A stretch of 64,000 nucleotides of DNA. It comes from Marsupella aquatica (Eukaryota; Plantae; Marchantiophyta). Of the stretch, positions 51,701 through 64,000 are shown in pieces; position 1 is the first letter of the stretch; each line of letters begins with the position of its first letter. The notes under the pieces are model-generated. The model did no database searches, was not told the origin of the DNA, and saw only the letters and a list, made by a program, of their open reading frames with translations. A program made the position numbers and the translations under genes. The DNA is taken from the NCBI GenBank assembly GCA_973895155.1, contig OZ316895.1, positions 556,435 through 620,434 on the forward strand. The letters are read 5' to 3'.

Positions 51701-54700
51701 ACAAAGAAATCTTTGGATGTCCGAATTTGCCTCGTTGCAATAGGGGTTTCCACCGAGCCTAAGGAATTGCACAACCACAGCTCCAATCGTAAGTGAAATT
51801 TGACTAATACAAAATGCACTAAAAGCTCAAACCGCTAGTTATTTTTAGGAATTGCAATACTCCAAGCGCTCCATGTCTCCGGAGTAAATCCTACATTTTA
51901 GAGTCAGGCCATTCGAAACAGAATGAACTGTCAAACACACAGATTTGGCCTAAGGGTTCAGGAGCAGAAATCCCAAGGATTGTGGCCCAGTGGTGCCATG
52001 ACCGCATCATTCCGTTCGTTGTAGTCTACGAGATGATGCACTTTGCCAAAGAGTTTGAAAGATCTACCTCTACTGTATAATCTTTAATCTGTAGTGATTT
52101 GTATGAAAGCTCTTAGCCTAGTGTATAATCTCCTGACGGGGTATTCTGTAATTAACTTTCAAACTGAATAATCAGTACCAGGCTTTCGATTTATGGGTCT
52201 GTAATTTGTCAAAGAGTTTGAAAGCTCTAGAGCTTACTTTGTAAACTTCGATCTCTACTGATGTAAATGGACAGCCGGCTGGGTCAGTCACGAGTATTGC
52301 ATGATTACACCCCTGATACGTAATTATCATTCCATCGAAATCAACCAATAGCTTGAACATACATACTTACAGGATGCTTCGGTTAACATTGATTTTTTGA
52401 TCTCGCAATCTTTTGATTGTAGGCTCGAGAGCATCTGCGTTTGGGATAATATCCGAAATTCTGTTATTAACAAACGAGAACAACTTCTTGCTGGTCTGAG
52501 GGCCGTTCTTTTGGAGCGCGTCCAACCATACGCTCAAATTCAGTGTCCCTTGGATGGAATTTCCCTCAAAATTTCTGCGGACAAACAGAACATTAAACAC
52601 CCACTTCTCTGCAATACCACCTCAAGAACTTTAAGAGTACAAATAAAAATCTCAGCAAGTCACCCTTACTAGAGCAGTCAGCTGATTGAAGTAAATTAAG
52701 TTCGGTTGTGTTTGTTAGTGTACCCTTCTTAAGTGCAATCTCTTGATTCTTCGCCTACATTAATCCACTCCAATTCAACACATGCACGCTTTGACCCCAG
52801 GTCGATTTCAATCAAATCAACTCTAATTTCAATCAAATCAACTTTTTTGGGGAAAAAACATTAATGTATGTGTACAAATGACAACATTTACATCTTCTAA
52901 TGCTCCAATGCAATATACAGCAGTCAACCTTGGAAAGTTTATCAGCTGCAATCAAATGCCCGTTTTAAAGACATTAAGTACACCTCGTATGCTGACTTTG
53001 TAAACCTTAGTGAGTGATACTTACGCAAAGGTGAGATTTGAAAGAGCCGGTGAGAAGTACAACGCACTGGAAAAAGTCCCCGTCAGACGGTTATTGGAAA
53101 CGTCACTGCAAATGGAGACAAGAACCATGTGCAAAGGCGTTAGACGCGTAAAAATCTTACCGATCGGTCTCCTCGCTGTTACTCGAGCATCTACTGGGAA
53201 ACAGAAAAAAGTTCGAGGATATTCACATTTTCTACAAATCATGAATGTGATGTTCTCGCAAATCCAAAAACATCTTGCTTCAATAACGAGTAATTTAGCA
53301 TTTGTTCAGCACCGAGAAATTAAACAAATTGGCAGTCGTCACTTCTTCTGTTAGGGAGGCACGTTTTTATAATTCAACGATACCACTCAAATTGCAGCTA
53401 CTAACAAGCTAAACTTCAGAGCCTAGCATGATCGAGTTCATCTACGAACTTCATCAAAGCCAAAAGCGTCATGTAAATCCCATCGCCAGTTAATTACGTT
53501 TCAAACTACAAATTGGTGCAGCGACTGCGGAATACGACTGGGAAAGATAACAGTTTTACGTTAAACCCTAAACCCTACAACTCTAGCTCTGACAGGCTAT
53601 TGTACAGTAAAATCATAGCAGTCCAAGTCCATCGGAAGCGCTTGTGCCACTTACAGTTTTCGTAGAGAGTTGGAATTTATCTTAACCAACAGATCTAAGG
53701 AAGAGATGTCGCCCTCAAGATTGTTATGAGACAAGTCCAAGAGAACCAAAGCATTGGTTGTGTTTTGCCACGTGCTAGGAAGAGAGGACATTGCATTGTG
53801 ACTGAGATTCCTGTCAAAACAAGTAAAACACGTTTTACATCAAACTGGAATACGGCATGTTAAAAATGAAGACCGGTTTCATATATTGAACACAAGTTAT
53901 TGCCAGACGTCGAGGACACCTTTTAGAATTGTCGATGGCTAGAACATTACAGCAAAGTAATTTGGAACGTAGAACATCGATTTTGTAAAGAGCCAGGTTT
54001 GCTGATGTAGGAATAATCTACCCAGCACTATGCATGATCATTAAAGTGGGTAAGACTTACAGTTCTTGCAATGTGTTGAAGAACGGCACGTTTTCGAATG
54101 GGCTAAGCTCACCAGCAAGACGATTTTGAGACAAGTTCAAGGACACAAGATTGTTCAAGCCCCCGTTCAAGCCAACCCAGTCACTTGCGAGTGGGACGTT
54201 CTCGATCTTGTTCTTGGTGAAGTCCCTACAAGGAGGCATACACAGGATGACTGTCAAATAATTTCTTGGCTCCGCTCACACCTTTAATTGAGCAAGAACA
54301 TAAACATCGTCTCTGTGCATGTTCAATCAAGTGCGATTTAGTAGAACTGAGTAATCTTGTAACAATTGATAATCTGTTACATCATCACCTTCGAATTATC
54401 AGCTGTACTAAGTGATAGATATTCGCCTGTGTGGATGACCATGATATAAAGCTTCTGCAGCTGTGATTTTCTTTTGGGCTAGTCCTAGATTACCATATGA
54501 AACTTTAGGAAACATGTCAGATTTGAGAAGATAGAATTGCATACAATACAGTTAACCATCCACCGGAGAAGTTATTGATGAGGAACGTAAAAGCTGACAG
54601 ATCCACTTTACTGTTTGTAATGTACCTGAGAATGACAGTACAGCAGATAGACGAGGAGTTGAGTTTGCTTTCACTAATTGCTTTGATCCTATATTTTGGA

Positions 54701-57700
54701 ACAGTCGTTACTGCTTTCAGCACAGCAATTGGCTAGCCCGATTTATCAAGTTAGAGATGCCAAGGAATTTAATACAGATTCTAGCTAGCTAGTATAAGAA
54801 TTAATTAGACAGTCAGGTTACATGTGTCAGACAACAAGACAGAGTGAACAAGGTCTACAGTAAGCAAGGACAGTTTATGGAGAATGAAACCTTGAAGCAA
54901 TACATGTTTCTCAAATCCAAGAAGATGACTGAGAATTAAGCACGCATCCCACGGCCCCTCAATCTAACAGGAGTCTCACATCACTTGCACGTTTTTGAGT
55001 AGTACATAGTGTAAAAATCATTCCCTAAATTACTTAAAATTGAAAACTCTATGTTTTCTGTAATTCTCAAAATTCTATTTAAATAGTTCTGATGCCTTCC
55101 ATAAAGTTCGTCTTCTACTAGCCACAACGAAAAACTTTTTAAAAATCCAGTATTTGTTGCGGGTGATGGGTACGTAGGAAGTAAATGAGTACCCAGAGAC
55201 ACTCATTCAAGAAGAGGAGGTTAGGACTTACATTTCTTGCAAAAGACCCAGCATGACGCCTGGTGACTTTGCTATATTATTTTGCAAGGTGGGAAAGTCC
55301 CGGCTTGGCCTGTTCGAAAGAGTTCTGCACAGCCACATATCGATAATGCAAAAACATTACTTCACTGAGTTCCAGATCACAAGAACAGGAGACTGAAACA
55401 AACATTGAAACATTTTGGATTGATGGATGTCACAAGACATTCGCATGCAAGAAGCCACGAAATCGCAATCATTGACTTCAATTGACCAGTCAGACAAATA
55501 AGTACAGGTTCGGAGGCAGCGTGCAGCTTACAAAGAGGTGACGGAGTATCCTGTCCGCAAAAATCCCGGTTGCGCAGTACAGTGGTCCGTGCTTGAAAGA
55601 CCACATGCTTTTGGAAGGGGTGCGGCAAAGATGGTCGAGTCACCGCAGGAAAGCCAGTCATGGGGAACGGGAGTACACGGATCTCCTTGCCAATCGTTCA
55701 GTAACAAGCTTTCCTTCAGAATAGTGATCGCTGCGTCTGCATACAAGAACCGAAGATGAATATAATCTGAGTCCGAGTCCTTAAGTGGCAATTTTGCATT
55801 TATTTATAACCTAGATGAGCGCAAGAAATCGGCTGGCCCCATAGTTTTCAACGCCAGGATCGGACCGGAAAGCGAAATTTCACGTACTATGACCGTGCGT
55901 TTGAAGGCTTGGACTTGCATTCGAAGTTAAGAGCTTACCGTCTGTTGGAGTTGTCGTGGAGAAATTGAAGTAATATTGGGCATAAACCTCTAAGGCGTTC
56001 ATCGATACCATCGAATCTGTCATTGCGCTGATTGAAATGTTTACTTCAGTCGACGAAAGAATGAAATTCGAGTTTACCGACATGCTTGCGTTTTTGGAGA
56101 CAGTGAGATCTGGGCCACGAATCCCGTCAAGCTCAATAACCATTTTCCCTCCTGACGAACTTCGGTTTAGTTCTTCACCATACACAACAACATAAGCGTA
56201 TTCCGCGGATGTCGCGTATATCGGCCAACCGGCGAACAACAGATTGAACGCAATCCAGAACTGAGAATCAACCCACGCATTTTCCATGACTTTAGGCGGT
56301 ACGTTGTTTGCCTCTGCTCTCGGTTTAGGGTCCGGTGGAGTTGTGGTATTCGAAGTGGGATACCAATTGAACCAACTTGAGTCAGGGCTCCACCAATATC
56401 GGTCGTATGGATCATCCGGGTACCTGATCGCATGACATCAAGCATCTTCAGCAAATTAAACGATCTGAAATTGGTTTCATCAAACCACTCCAGCGGACTC
56501 ACGCGTGCGTACGTCGTGTTCCCTTTGCTCTGTGTCCATAGTTGTGCTATATCGAACGGTATCGTGCCTAATTAGAGTAACCTAAGACTTAAGACCTTCA
56601 TTGACACTGGCAAATTTTCAAAACTAAACAATTTAAGACTGCCTGGAAAGTTGTACAGTCACCTAGATTTCACAAACAACTGGAAGCACGGTACAAGGAC
56701 CTCATTGGGAGATGCCCAATGGGTTTATATATTCAGGAAATTTTATCTGAACTATTATAATCAATTGTGCGAAACTATTGAGCTCATTTAGAGGAAGTAC
56801 GGACGGTGCGGTAGTAGATCATGGAAAATGGATCAAAATATATGTCAATGATTGACCGAGACGAATAGATTAACTGTACGAGTCTCGGATCGAGATGATG
56901 TAATCGTGAATGACACCAGGTGACTGGAAATGGAAGCCCCGCCTAGACCTAAACTGAACTGAGCAGAATCGAAGGAAAAAGAAAGGATAAGGGCCTCAAT
57001 TCGATGCTTACATTAGCAGCCCATATGGAGTAGTTGAGGGATCAACACCAATGTTATATCTGACCAAGTTAGCAAGATACTGCCTGTCACTACCTGGGTA
57101 AGAGTACATCAAAGGGTCAAGTTCTCGCAGCTCCAAGTTTGAGATGAACGGTGTTCCAATCAGTGGTTGTAGGCAGATATATATGACGCTCCCCGGAGAG
57201 TAGAAGATGCCTTCATAGCTCAAACTTTTATTGACGAACGAAGAGTCCGAAGCCGAGTATTCCACAGTAAACACATTCGTAGCGTTGACGTAGACGAAAA
57301 ACTTGATGGGTAGAACCAGCTCGGACTGCAAAATGAACGATGCGCGAACCAAATACGTGGTGTTCCTCTTCGTGGGCACCTCATAACAATATTTGTTACG
57401 GCGCTTGGGAAAGAATCTGAAGGGGTACGGAATAGTGCTTGAAATGTCCATACTGCTGTTCCCTGTCAAAATGAGGGTACTGTTGCTATCCGGGGTAGAG
57501 TACAATCCGGTAATATTGTCCAGGCCGCCAGAACCGCCACAGTCTATGTTAAAAAATCCTGCACGAACAATCAATGAAAATAGTGGGCAAATCCGCAATT
57601 TTAATTCCATTTGGCGCATTGACCGTACTATCCGTTCGAATTGGTAGCGAAGGTCTGCTGTGACTACCTAAAAGGCGCACGATAGTCGAAAGTCTTCACC

Positions 57701-58258
57701 CTTCCTTTTTTCCCGAGCAAGAACAATACAAATGACGACGATTTGCCAGTGTCATTCTTCGTTCATTCATTCGCCAAATTAAGGAGGACCGCCGTGGGGA
57801 AGGTTTAATGCGGTGACTACAGCATGAACCATCTTCGATTACAACTAAAAAGCGTCAATTCTATATAAGACTTAGAGCGTCATCGGCCGAGATCTCTATC
57901 ATCGATTCAATTCGATCGGAGTTAATTGCGAAAGCCATTCTACAATCATTATCTGTCCCACCATTTGTTTCCCAACTGAAAGCCTTTCCTACGTCTCTAC
58001 CCGACAATCGAAACCTGTTCTGAAATCTTTTCTACAGTAAGTAACAAAATCAATACCAATTCGTCTGGCATAACTCGAAATGATGATATATTGAATGTTC
58101 AAAACTAAAGACAAACCTGGAGTTTGCTGCTGCCCATAAGACGTCGTCGCCAGCGTCATCCAAATTGTAAGGATGGATAACAGAGAGATCTTAACAAATC
58201 CTTGCATTCCGTATCCATGCCCACAGCAGTTTCTCCTTCCTTCAAGCGATCCAGCCAT
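48788..58258 (-). CDS. malectin-like/LRR receptor-like kinase, copy 3 (apparently intact)
   Basis: Signal-peptide exon from 58258, malectin-like exons about 57557-57012 and 56423-55939, GDPC exon about 55736-55532, LRR exons 55.3-52.4 kb, TM about 51.47-51.33 kb, kinase exons 51.14-48.79 kb with all catalytic motifs. Confidence 0.9.
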
Positions 58259-59330
58259 CTTTTCAAATTGAGATGTATCCCCGGATGTAGCCTATGAATC
58301 CACTGTAACACAGCTCTTCTCACAGTTGCTGAAATCGATGCCTACCAATCTACCTGAGGAACTCACAATACTCCCGTTACATTTGAGAATTTCACTCCTC
58401 CGATAGCCTGTGCATCGTATACTTTCAGCTCAATAATCTTCGTGTATCGCCTATCCGTGCTTCCAAAGAACTAAATGCTTACTATGTCGCACTTTCCGGA
58501 TTTGTATCAATCTCTCCAGACGATGATGCTATGCTACTCAACTTCGTTCACCCAATTTCTAGGTGGGAACAGTACTCATGAGATCCCAGGGTCATCCTCA
58601 CGAGTACGTAAAGTAATAAGATCTTTCTAGCCAAGTATGACCGGGCAAAGGGCGGGTAACTATGTTTTGTGTGCCCACAATAAATTATCATCCCCCTGCC
58701 CGATTAGATGTTGACTGTGTAGCGTTTGCTCGGTTCATAGATAGCATATTTGGGCTGCCCAGCCAGTTGCCTCTGTTGGCTTCGATCACCCACTGACCCA
58801 CCTGCTGGACAGTGAATTTTTCCACGTACTAACCTCATCGTTCTTGTCCCTAGCCCTGCCGATGAAAATTCCGGAAGCTCTTTCTGTGAGTTCTTTTTGT
58901 GTCTCCATAACTACTCCACTTTGAGACTCAGTCTCTGAGTGTGGCACCAATTCGATGATTCTCGTCAAGTTCTGTCCAAGTTGCCAATTATCGGTCGATC
59001 TACGGGTATTAAGAACGCATGGCTGTAATTGATGGCACGAGTGCGAGTCAGGTGATATGCAGGAGGTGGCCATGATTGATTGGTCCTGAAGACCTTTGAG
59101 GCAAAAGAGCTCCCCAGCTCTATTGACTGGAGGGGAGGGACCCGGCTTCATGCACGCCATTGGAAGCTTATAATACTTCGTTGAATGCGGACTTTTTAGG
59201 TGCGCTGACAAGTTGCCCACGATGTTGCGGGGAAGCTGTGATTGGAGACTGATCGACCTCGATTGTCAAGCCTTTTCTTTTCTCTTGGCTGAATTAAACA
59301 AGTGGTCATAGACACAGAGACACACATCTC

Positions 59331-60074
59331 CAGCAAAATACTTCGATGGGCCCCTCTAACTAAAGATATTCCTCACGACTCACTAGCCCTTAACTTTTCA
59401 AATATACTTAATGGGCCCCTTCCCTTGTCCTTGTAACCCTTTCTCAGAACGTCACATTATTTCTTCCATTTTTTAATTATAATCTGACTGTACAATTATC
59501 CACATCAGATATACTGTCGAGAAGCAATTTTCAGTGCCTTGACACTCTCATATTCATCTTAAATTACTCCTGCATGGGTTCTTATTCTCTTTACTATTCC
59601 CTAACAATTACTAAAACATTAGACTTGGTGAAATGTTTCACAGTTTTGATGAGTTGCATGGTTGCCTTCATTCTTGAATGAAATGTCCTGCATGGGAGGG
59701 CTTCTGCCTGGTTGAAAACAAATTACATATTTCATGTTCATGTTTGTCTTTTTGGAACCACTGTCCCAAGGTCTTGCAGCAGGGTTAAGGCAGACCACCC
59801 TGAGGGTTTAGGGTTTAGGGAGGACCAATCAGATTGCAGAAGGGACTGTAGAGATTACAATACTAGATTACAATACAATAAATAAATTTTATTTTCTATT
59901 CAAACAAGAGTACACCGAATTGCTTCTGGACAGTACATTTGGTGGATGACGTAGATAGCTGTATAGTATGTTACAATTAAAAAATGAAAAAAATAATATG
60001 AGAGGTCCTGAGAAAAGGTTACAAGGACAAGAGGAACATCTTTAGCTAGAGGCCCCATCAAGTTTTTTTCCCGT
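59331..60074. mobile_element. Mutator-like MITE with long imperfect TIRs
   Basis: Inverted homology over more than 100 bp (GATGGGCCCCTCTAACTAAAGAT...CTTGTCCTTGTAACC vs GGTTACAAGGACAAGAGGAACATCTTTAGCTAGAGGCCCCATC); 9-bp TSD ACACATCTC (59322-59330 and 60075-60083). Confidence 0.78.
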
Positions 60075-60567
60075 ACACATCTCTAACTATCTACACAGTG
60101 AACTCTCACTAAAATGCACGCTTCTTTTCTCTTGGCTGAATTAAACAAGTGGTCACAAGTACACATCTCTAACTATCTACAGTGAACTTTCGGTAAGTGC
60201 ATGCTCTAGGGAAGACCTATCTGGGGTGCACTAAAACAGGTGTGGCATGCCTTGATAAGCGCACATGCATCCCATAACACTTAGTGCTTTTATAGATAAC
60301 TGTGCTTCATTTAGATTCCTTTGTTGAATGTGTATGGACCCCTCTATCAGTGAATAGTCAGCCTCGTGCACCATATCCCTGCCCTAATTCTGTGCCCACA
60401 CTCCTTAGGTGCATTCTTTACTCTACTAAGAATGGGCATGCATTTATCTGTAAATGAGATTTCCGTAGTTTATGCGATTACATGTAAGCACATACAAACA
60501 CTTATCAAGGGTATGCACTTAAAAAAAATGTTTAGCAAACTGATTTCTCTTTGAGATTCACTCATCT

Positions 60568-60889
60568 AACCAACTGGCTTTGGTCAGTTGGCCAGAGGAT
60601 GAGCCTAGAACCCAGAGGTCCCAGGTTCAATCCTCCCTCCACACATAAGGGGTGTGGAGGGTATGTGTGTGTGTGTGGGTGGGGTGTAGTGGTGGGAGTA
60701 TTGATTATCTCCTCAGCCCTGGTTGCCCACTTTGGGTTCTGGTTTAATCCTCTCTCCCTCCTGGTCTGGGTCCCTGTTGGATCCCTGGGTATTGTCCCCT
60801 TGTGGCTGCCCTACATAGAAATGCATGCTCCAAAGCAGGACGTCTATCCTCTGTTGGATGGGCCTGCTTTCGGTTTTCAAGGCAAAAAA
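60568..60889 (+). mobile_element. tRNA-derived SINE (full length, ~320 bp)
   Basis: A box TGGTCAGTTGG (60581), B box GGTTCAATCC (60624), A tail, perfect 15-bp TSD GAGATTCACTCATCT (60553-60567 and 60890-60904). Confidence 0.9.
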
Positions 60890-60994
60890 GAGATTCACTC
60901 ATCTCACTTGAGACACAGTCAAGTACATTGTTTTTTTGCCTTGAAACATCAGTCAAGTACATTGTTCACCCAAAAATTTTGTGACTAATATTAC

Positions 60995-61138
60995 TTTTTG
61001 CCTTTTAAACTAAAATCAGGCCCATCCAAAGAGTAAAGACATCATGCTATGGAGCATGAGATTCCATGTACTAGGGTAGCCACAAGGATGAGATTCTATG
61101 TAGGGTAGCCACAAGGAGATAGTACCCAGGGATCTAAC
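60995..61138 (-). mobile_element. 5'-truncated copy of the same SINE
   Basis: Reverse complement of the SINE 3' half (TTTTTGCCTT...CAGGCCCATCCAA...TAGGGTAGCCACAAGG). Confidence 0.7.
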
Positions 61139-62419
61139 TGCCATATATAGCATGCTCATCCTGGAAAATGCTTGATTTTTTGTCTTGCAGTGAATAAAAT
61201 ATGAGAGCATAACTAGAAGGATAAAATAAATAATGTAAGTAAAGTGTCTGCCAAGAAAAGCACAGTGACCATTGAAAAGTACAACTTACCATTCAACGAT
61301 GCTATGATTTGTGCACTTAATTCAATGTGCCTTATGAATGACTCTTATTTCAATAAAAACCAAAAACTTACAAAAGAAAGACATGAGGGGAACTTAAGAC
61401 ACTATGTGTTCAAGTTAGAATCCTTTCTCTCACTCATGAGCTAGAATAGTTTGTTCAAGTGGTGGAGTCATTGGTTTCCTCTCTAAGTAAGGGATCACAA
61501 ACTTTAAAAGCTAAAAGTGGCTGCCAAAATAAGTTCAAAATACTCTAGAATACCTAAAATTAAAGGCTGCACATTGAAATAAAAATACATGACACAAAAA
61601 TCTGAATAAGACAAAATCTGAAAAGTGGATAACACTAATTTTCTCCTAATACTAATTTTTGCATAACACTAATTATGGTGAAGAATGTAGCTTTTGTACA
61701 ATGCCAAAGTGGAGTTCACCGAAGCCCTTCACACACAAAAGAATGGACACGTTAATGAAGTCACACCTGCCCATATTCAAAGCTCCCCATCCCTGCCCCT
61801 TACTTTTCATTCTTGTCCTGCATAGGACAATGTACTGACCTTAAGAAGTGGAGCCCAGGTCCCTCTTCCCCGCATTCCTAGTGAAACTGACAGTGTATAA
61901 TGAGAACTATTGGTTACCCATAGCTCTTATGTAGGTAGTTGTGGTTTCAAATTAAACAAGGGGTCATTCTCTTCCACTTAATATATGAAAAGGGGCAAGA
62001 GGGCAGCACCTAAGAGTGGGACCCGAGGTATTGTACTAAATGAGTTTCCCAGGTTACAGTCCACCCAAATCACAAGATTCAACCTCAAGACTCCCATGGA
62101 TTCAGCATTTATTGGCACTGCCAAAAAATACTTCTACTAAGCTGAAACGCTATTTAAGTAACAAATACTTTGTTTCAAAGCTATCTATAGAAGTTGTAGG
62201 GGTCTTTCTGAGCATCCTGTCAAGGTTCTGATTTCTGGCATTTTCAAAATCTGGTTTTTGTGTGAAGAATATAAAAGCGATGAAATGATGTCACTCAGAG
62301 TTTTTTGGGTAGAAATTCCCTGTGGCACCAAACAATGTCCAAAATGCATTCAGAATGGATGGATTTTTGCAATATATGTCCCAGTTAAATCTAACTAATA
62401 ACTGGCAATCAAGGTGCAA

Positions 62420-62500
62420 AAGAGGTGCATGCTAGGGAGTTGATAGCCTAAATATCCTCTGTTGGATGGATCAGCTTTGGGTATTAATTCAAGGCAAAAA
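62420..62500 (+). mobile_element. 5'-truncated SINE 3' end
   Basis: TATCCTCTGTTGGATGG...TTCAAGGCAAAAA, flanked by the imperfect TSD TAA(C/T)TGGCAATC. Confidence 0.65.
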
Positions 62501-62648
62501 CATATTAATTGGCAATCCAAAGCTACTTTCTAGAGCCTAGGGTCTAAAGTGAAGTCTCTAGACAATGATATTGGGGTGGGGGCAAGTTTGGGTGTTTTAG
62601 GCGAGGTGGAGAAGGCAACGGGCAAAACCTGACACTCAGGCTAGTTTT

Positions 62649-63354
62649 TGTTGAGCATAGACAACAATTGCAACAACAAGCCCATGAACCTGTTGAACTA
62701 TGATGTCTTCCTTCATGACGATACACTCATGACTCATACCATGCACATGTAGTCAACACTGTAATTCATACGTGGTTCACCTCTTCTCCAAGGCTACGTC
62801 CACACGAACACAGTCACCAACTTTGCTTCAAGAGTTTTGAACACACAAGCTCTCTCTCTTCCTCAAGTTGCTCCATTACAATGAACAAGCACCACATACC
62901 AGCAGCTTACACACTAGCCCTGGTATATGCAAGGTCACACACGACTAACCCTCGGACTAACCTAACCTTAGCCAAGTCCCTAACTGAGGTTAACCTAATT
63001 GACGTAACCTATGAGTCACAAGACTAAGAGCACTCCTTAACATAACAATCCAACGCACAAGAGTCGACACAGAGAGATATGTGATTCACCTCCACATGAG
63101 GCTAGGTCCACAGGAACACACAAGAGCTTTAGTGCACTCTAGGCCAACCGGCCATACCAAGCATCCACAACACAAGTTCTCCCTATCTCTCAACTAGCTC
63201 CGTAATAATGAGCCTGAGTTCCCACTCTCCAAGCAAACACCGCTTGGGTATAGAGTGTGCACAGCATGACTAACCTAACCAAGTTTGCAACTAAGGTTAG
63301 TCTTAATTATTATACAGTCGTTACTCTAGTAAGACCTAAGAGTAAATCCTAACA
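62649..63354 (-). repeat. solo LTR related to element B, split by a nested LTR
   Basis: TGTTGAGCATAGAC...CTAACA; TSD GTTTT/ATTTT; sequence resumes ATCCAACGCACAA after the insertion. Confidence 0.85.
62691..63042 (-). repeat. solo LTR of the element A family, nested in a B-like LTR
   Basis: Reverse complement homologous to 4733-5064; TGTT...AACA; degraded TSD GAACC/TAACA. Confidence 0.87.
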
Positions 63355-64000
63355 ATTTTAGCAAATATTGAAATGTGTTTCGATAAAGTAGACCTATTTT
63401 TGGGTCCAATTTCTGAAAATATTTTGACAAAAAGTATTCTTCCCATAAAGTAGCTTAGCCAGGCATGCATGGGCGATCCAACGCTCCTATCCTCCCAATC
63501 AAAAAGTAACATGAAAAAATTCTGGAAAGGTTTTTAAGAGTAGGTTGCATCACTCATGCAACACCACTTGACTTTGGTAGACTTTAGTCCATAATTATCT
63601 AGGCGGCTCACTCCTCATCACTTCTGTCCTAACTAAGTCTGTAGTCTTGGGCCGAGGGGTTTCTTTTATTATTAGGTTCAGCTGGGGCACCTACCTAATC
63701 CCGCCAACTCATTAAGTCCAATGTGTAGTTTAACTTAGTGTTCATTCTCCCATTTTTATTTCAGTGTTCATTGTCGTCCATGAATCATATTCAAGACCAA
63801 ATCTATACACCGAAAAAATAAGGAAACTACTGTCAGGGAATGCTGGTTGGTTGGTTCCCATGGGTTTGATATTCGTTTCCATGCTGGCACTAGTCCCAAA
63901 AGCAGTTATTTGTCAAAGTGGGACAAGCCGCATTCCCCCAATGCTCAGTCAATATTACTTTTTCTTATGGCATGGAAAATGTTCCTCCCTAGTATATTTG

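Noticed and set aside
59802-59820. Telomere-like GGGTTTAGGGTTTAGGG (also about 29890 and 53563)
   Set aside because: Only 2-3 units; consistent with common telo-box or chance occurrence.
60222-60540. Possible MITE from inverted GCATGCCTTGATAAG / CTTATCAAGGGTATGC
   Set aside because: Termini and TSD could not be defined.
60568-60640. tRNA gene
   Set aside because: A/B boxes are present but there is no convincing cloverleaf; body, A tail and TSD identify a SINE.

Overview
Eukaryotic land-plant genomic DNA (spliceosomal introns, Ty1/copia elements with a tRNA-iMet PBS, plant-type receptor-like kinases); the species cannot be determined from the sequence. 1-11.9 kb holds two related but diverged Ty1/copia LTR retrotransposons lying tail-to-tail. 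One is partial (+). The other is complete (-), has an AATAA TSD and is nested in an older LTR. Both keep an in-frame TGA at the same position between gag and pol. About 13-62 kb is a head-to-tail tandem array on the minus strand of a ~17-exon receptor-like kinase: signal peptide, malectin-like domain, GDPC motif plus an extra Cys loop, LRRs, TM, RD kinase. There are three full-length copies (one has lost its C-terminal tail) and one internally deleted pseudogene. The ectodomain layout is SYMRK/LRR-I-like, but the LRR C-cap and kinase look like LRR-VIII-2, and the malectin-like loops are hypervariable between copies. The spacers carry hAT-like MITEs with 8-bp TSDs and G-rich cores, a Mutator-like MITE, a tRNA-derived SINE family, a Helitron 3' end and nested solo LTRs. 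Coordinates were read by eye and may be off by a few bases; no database searches were run.
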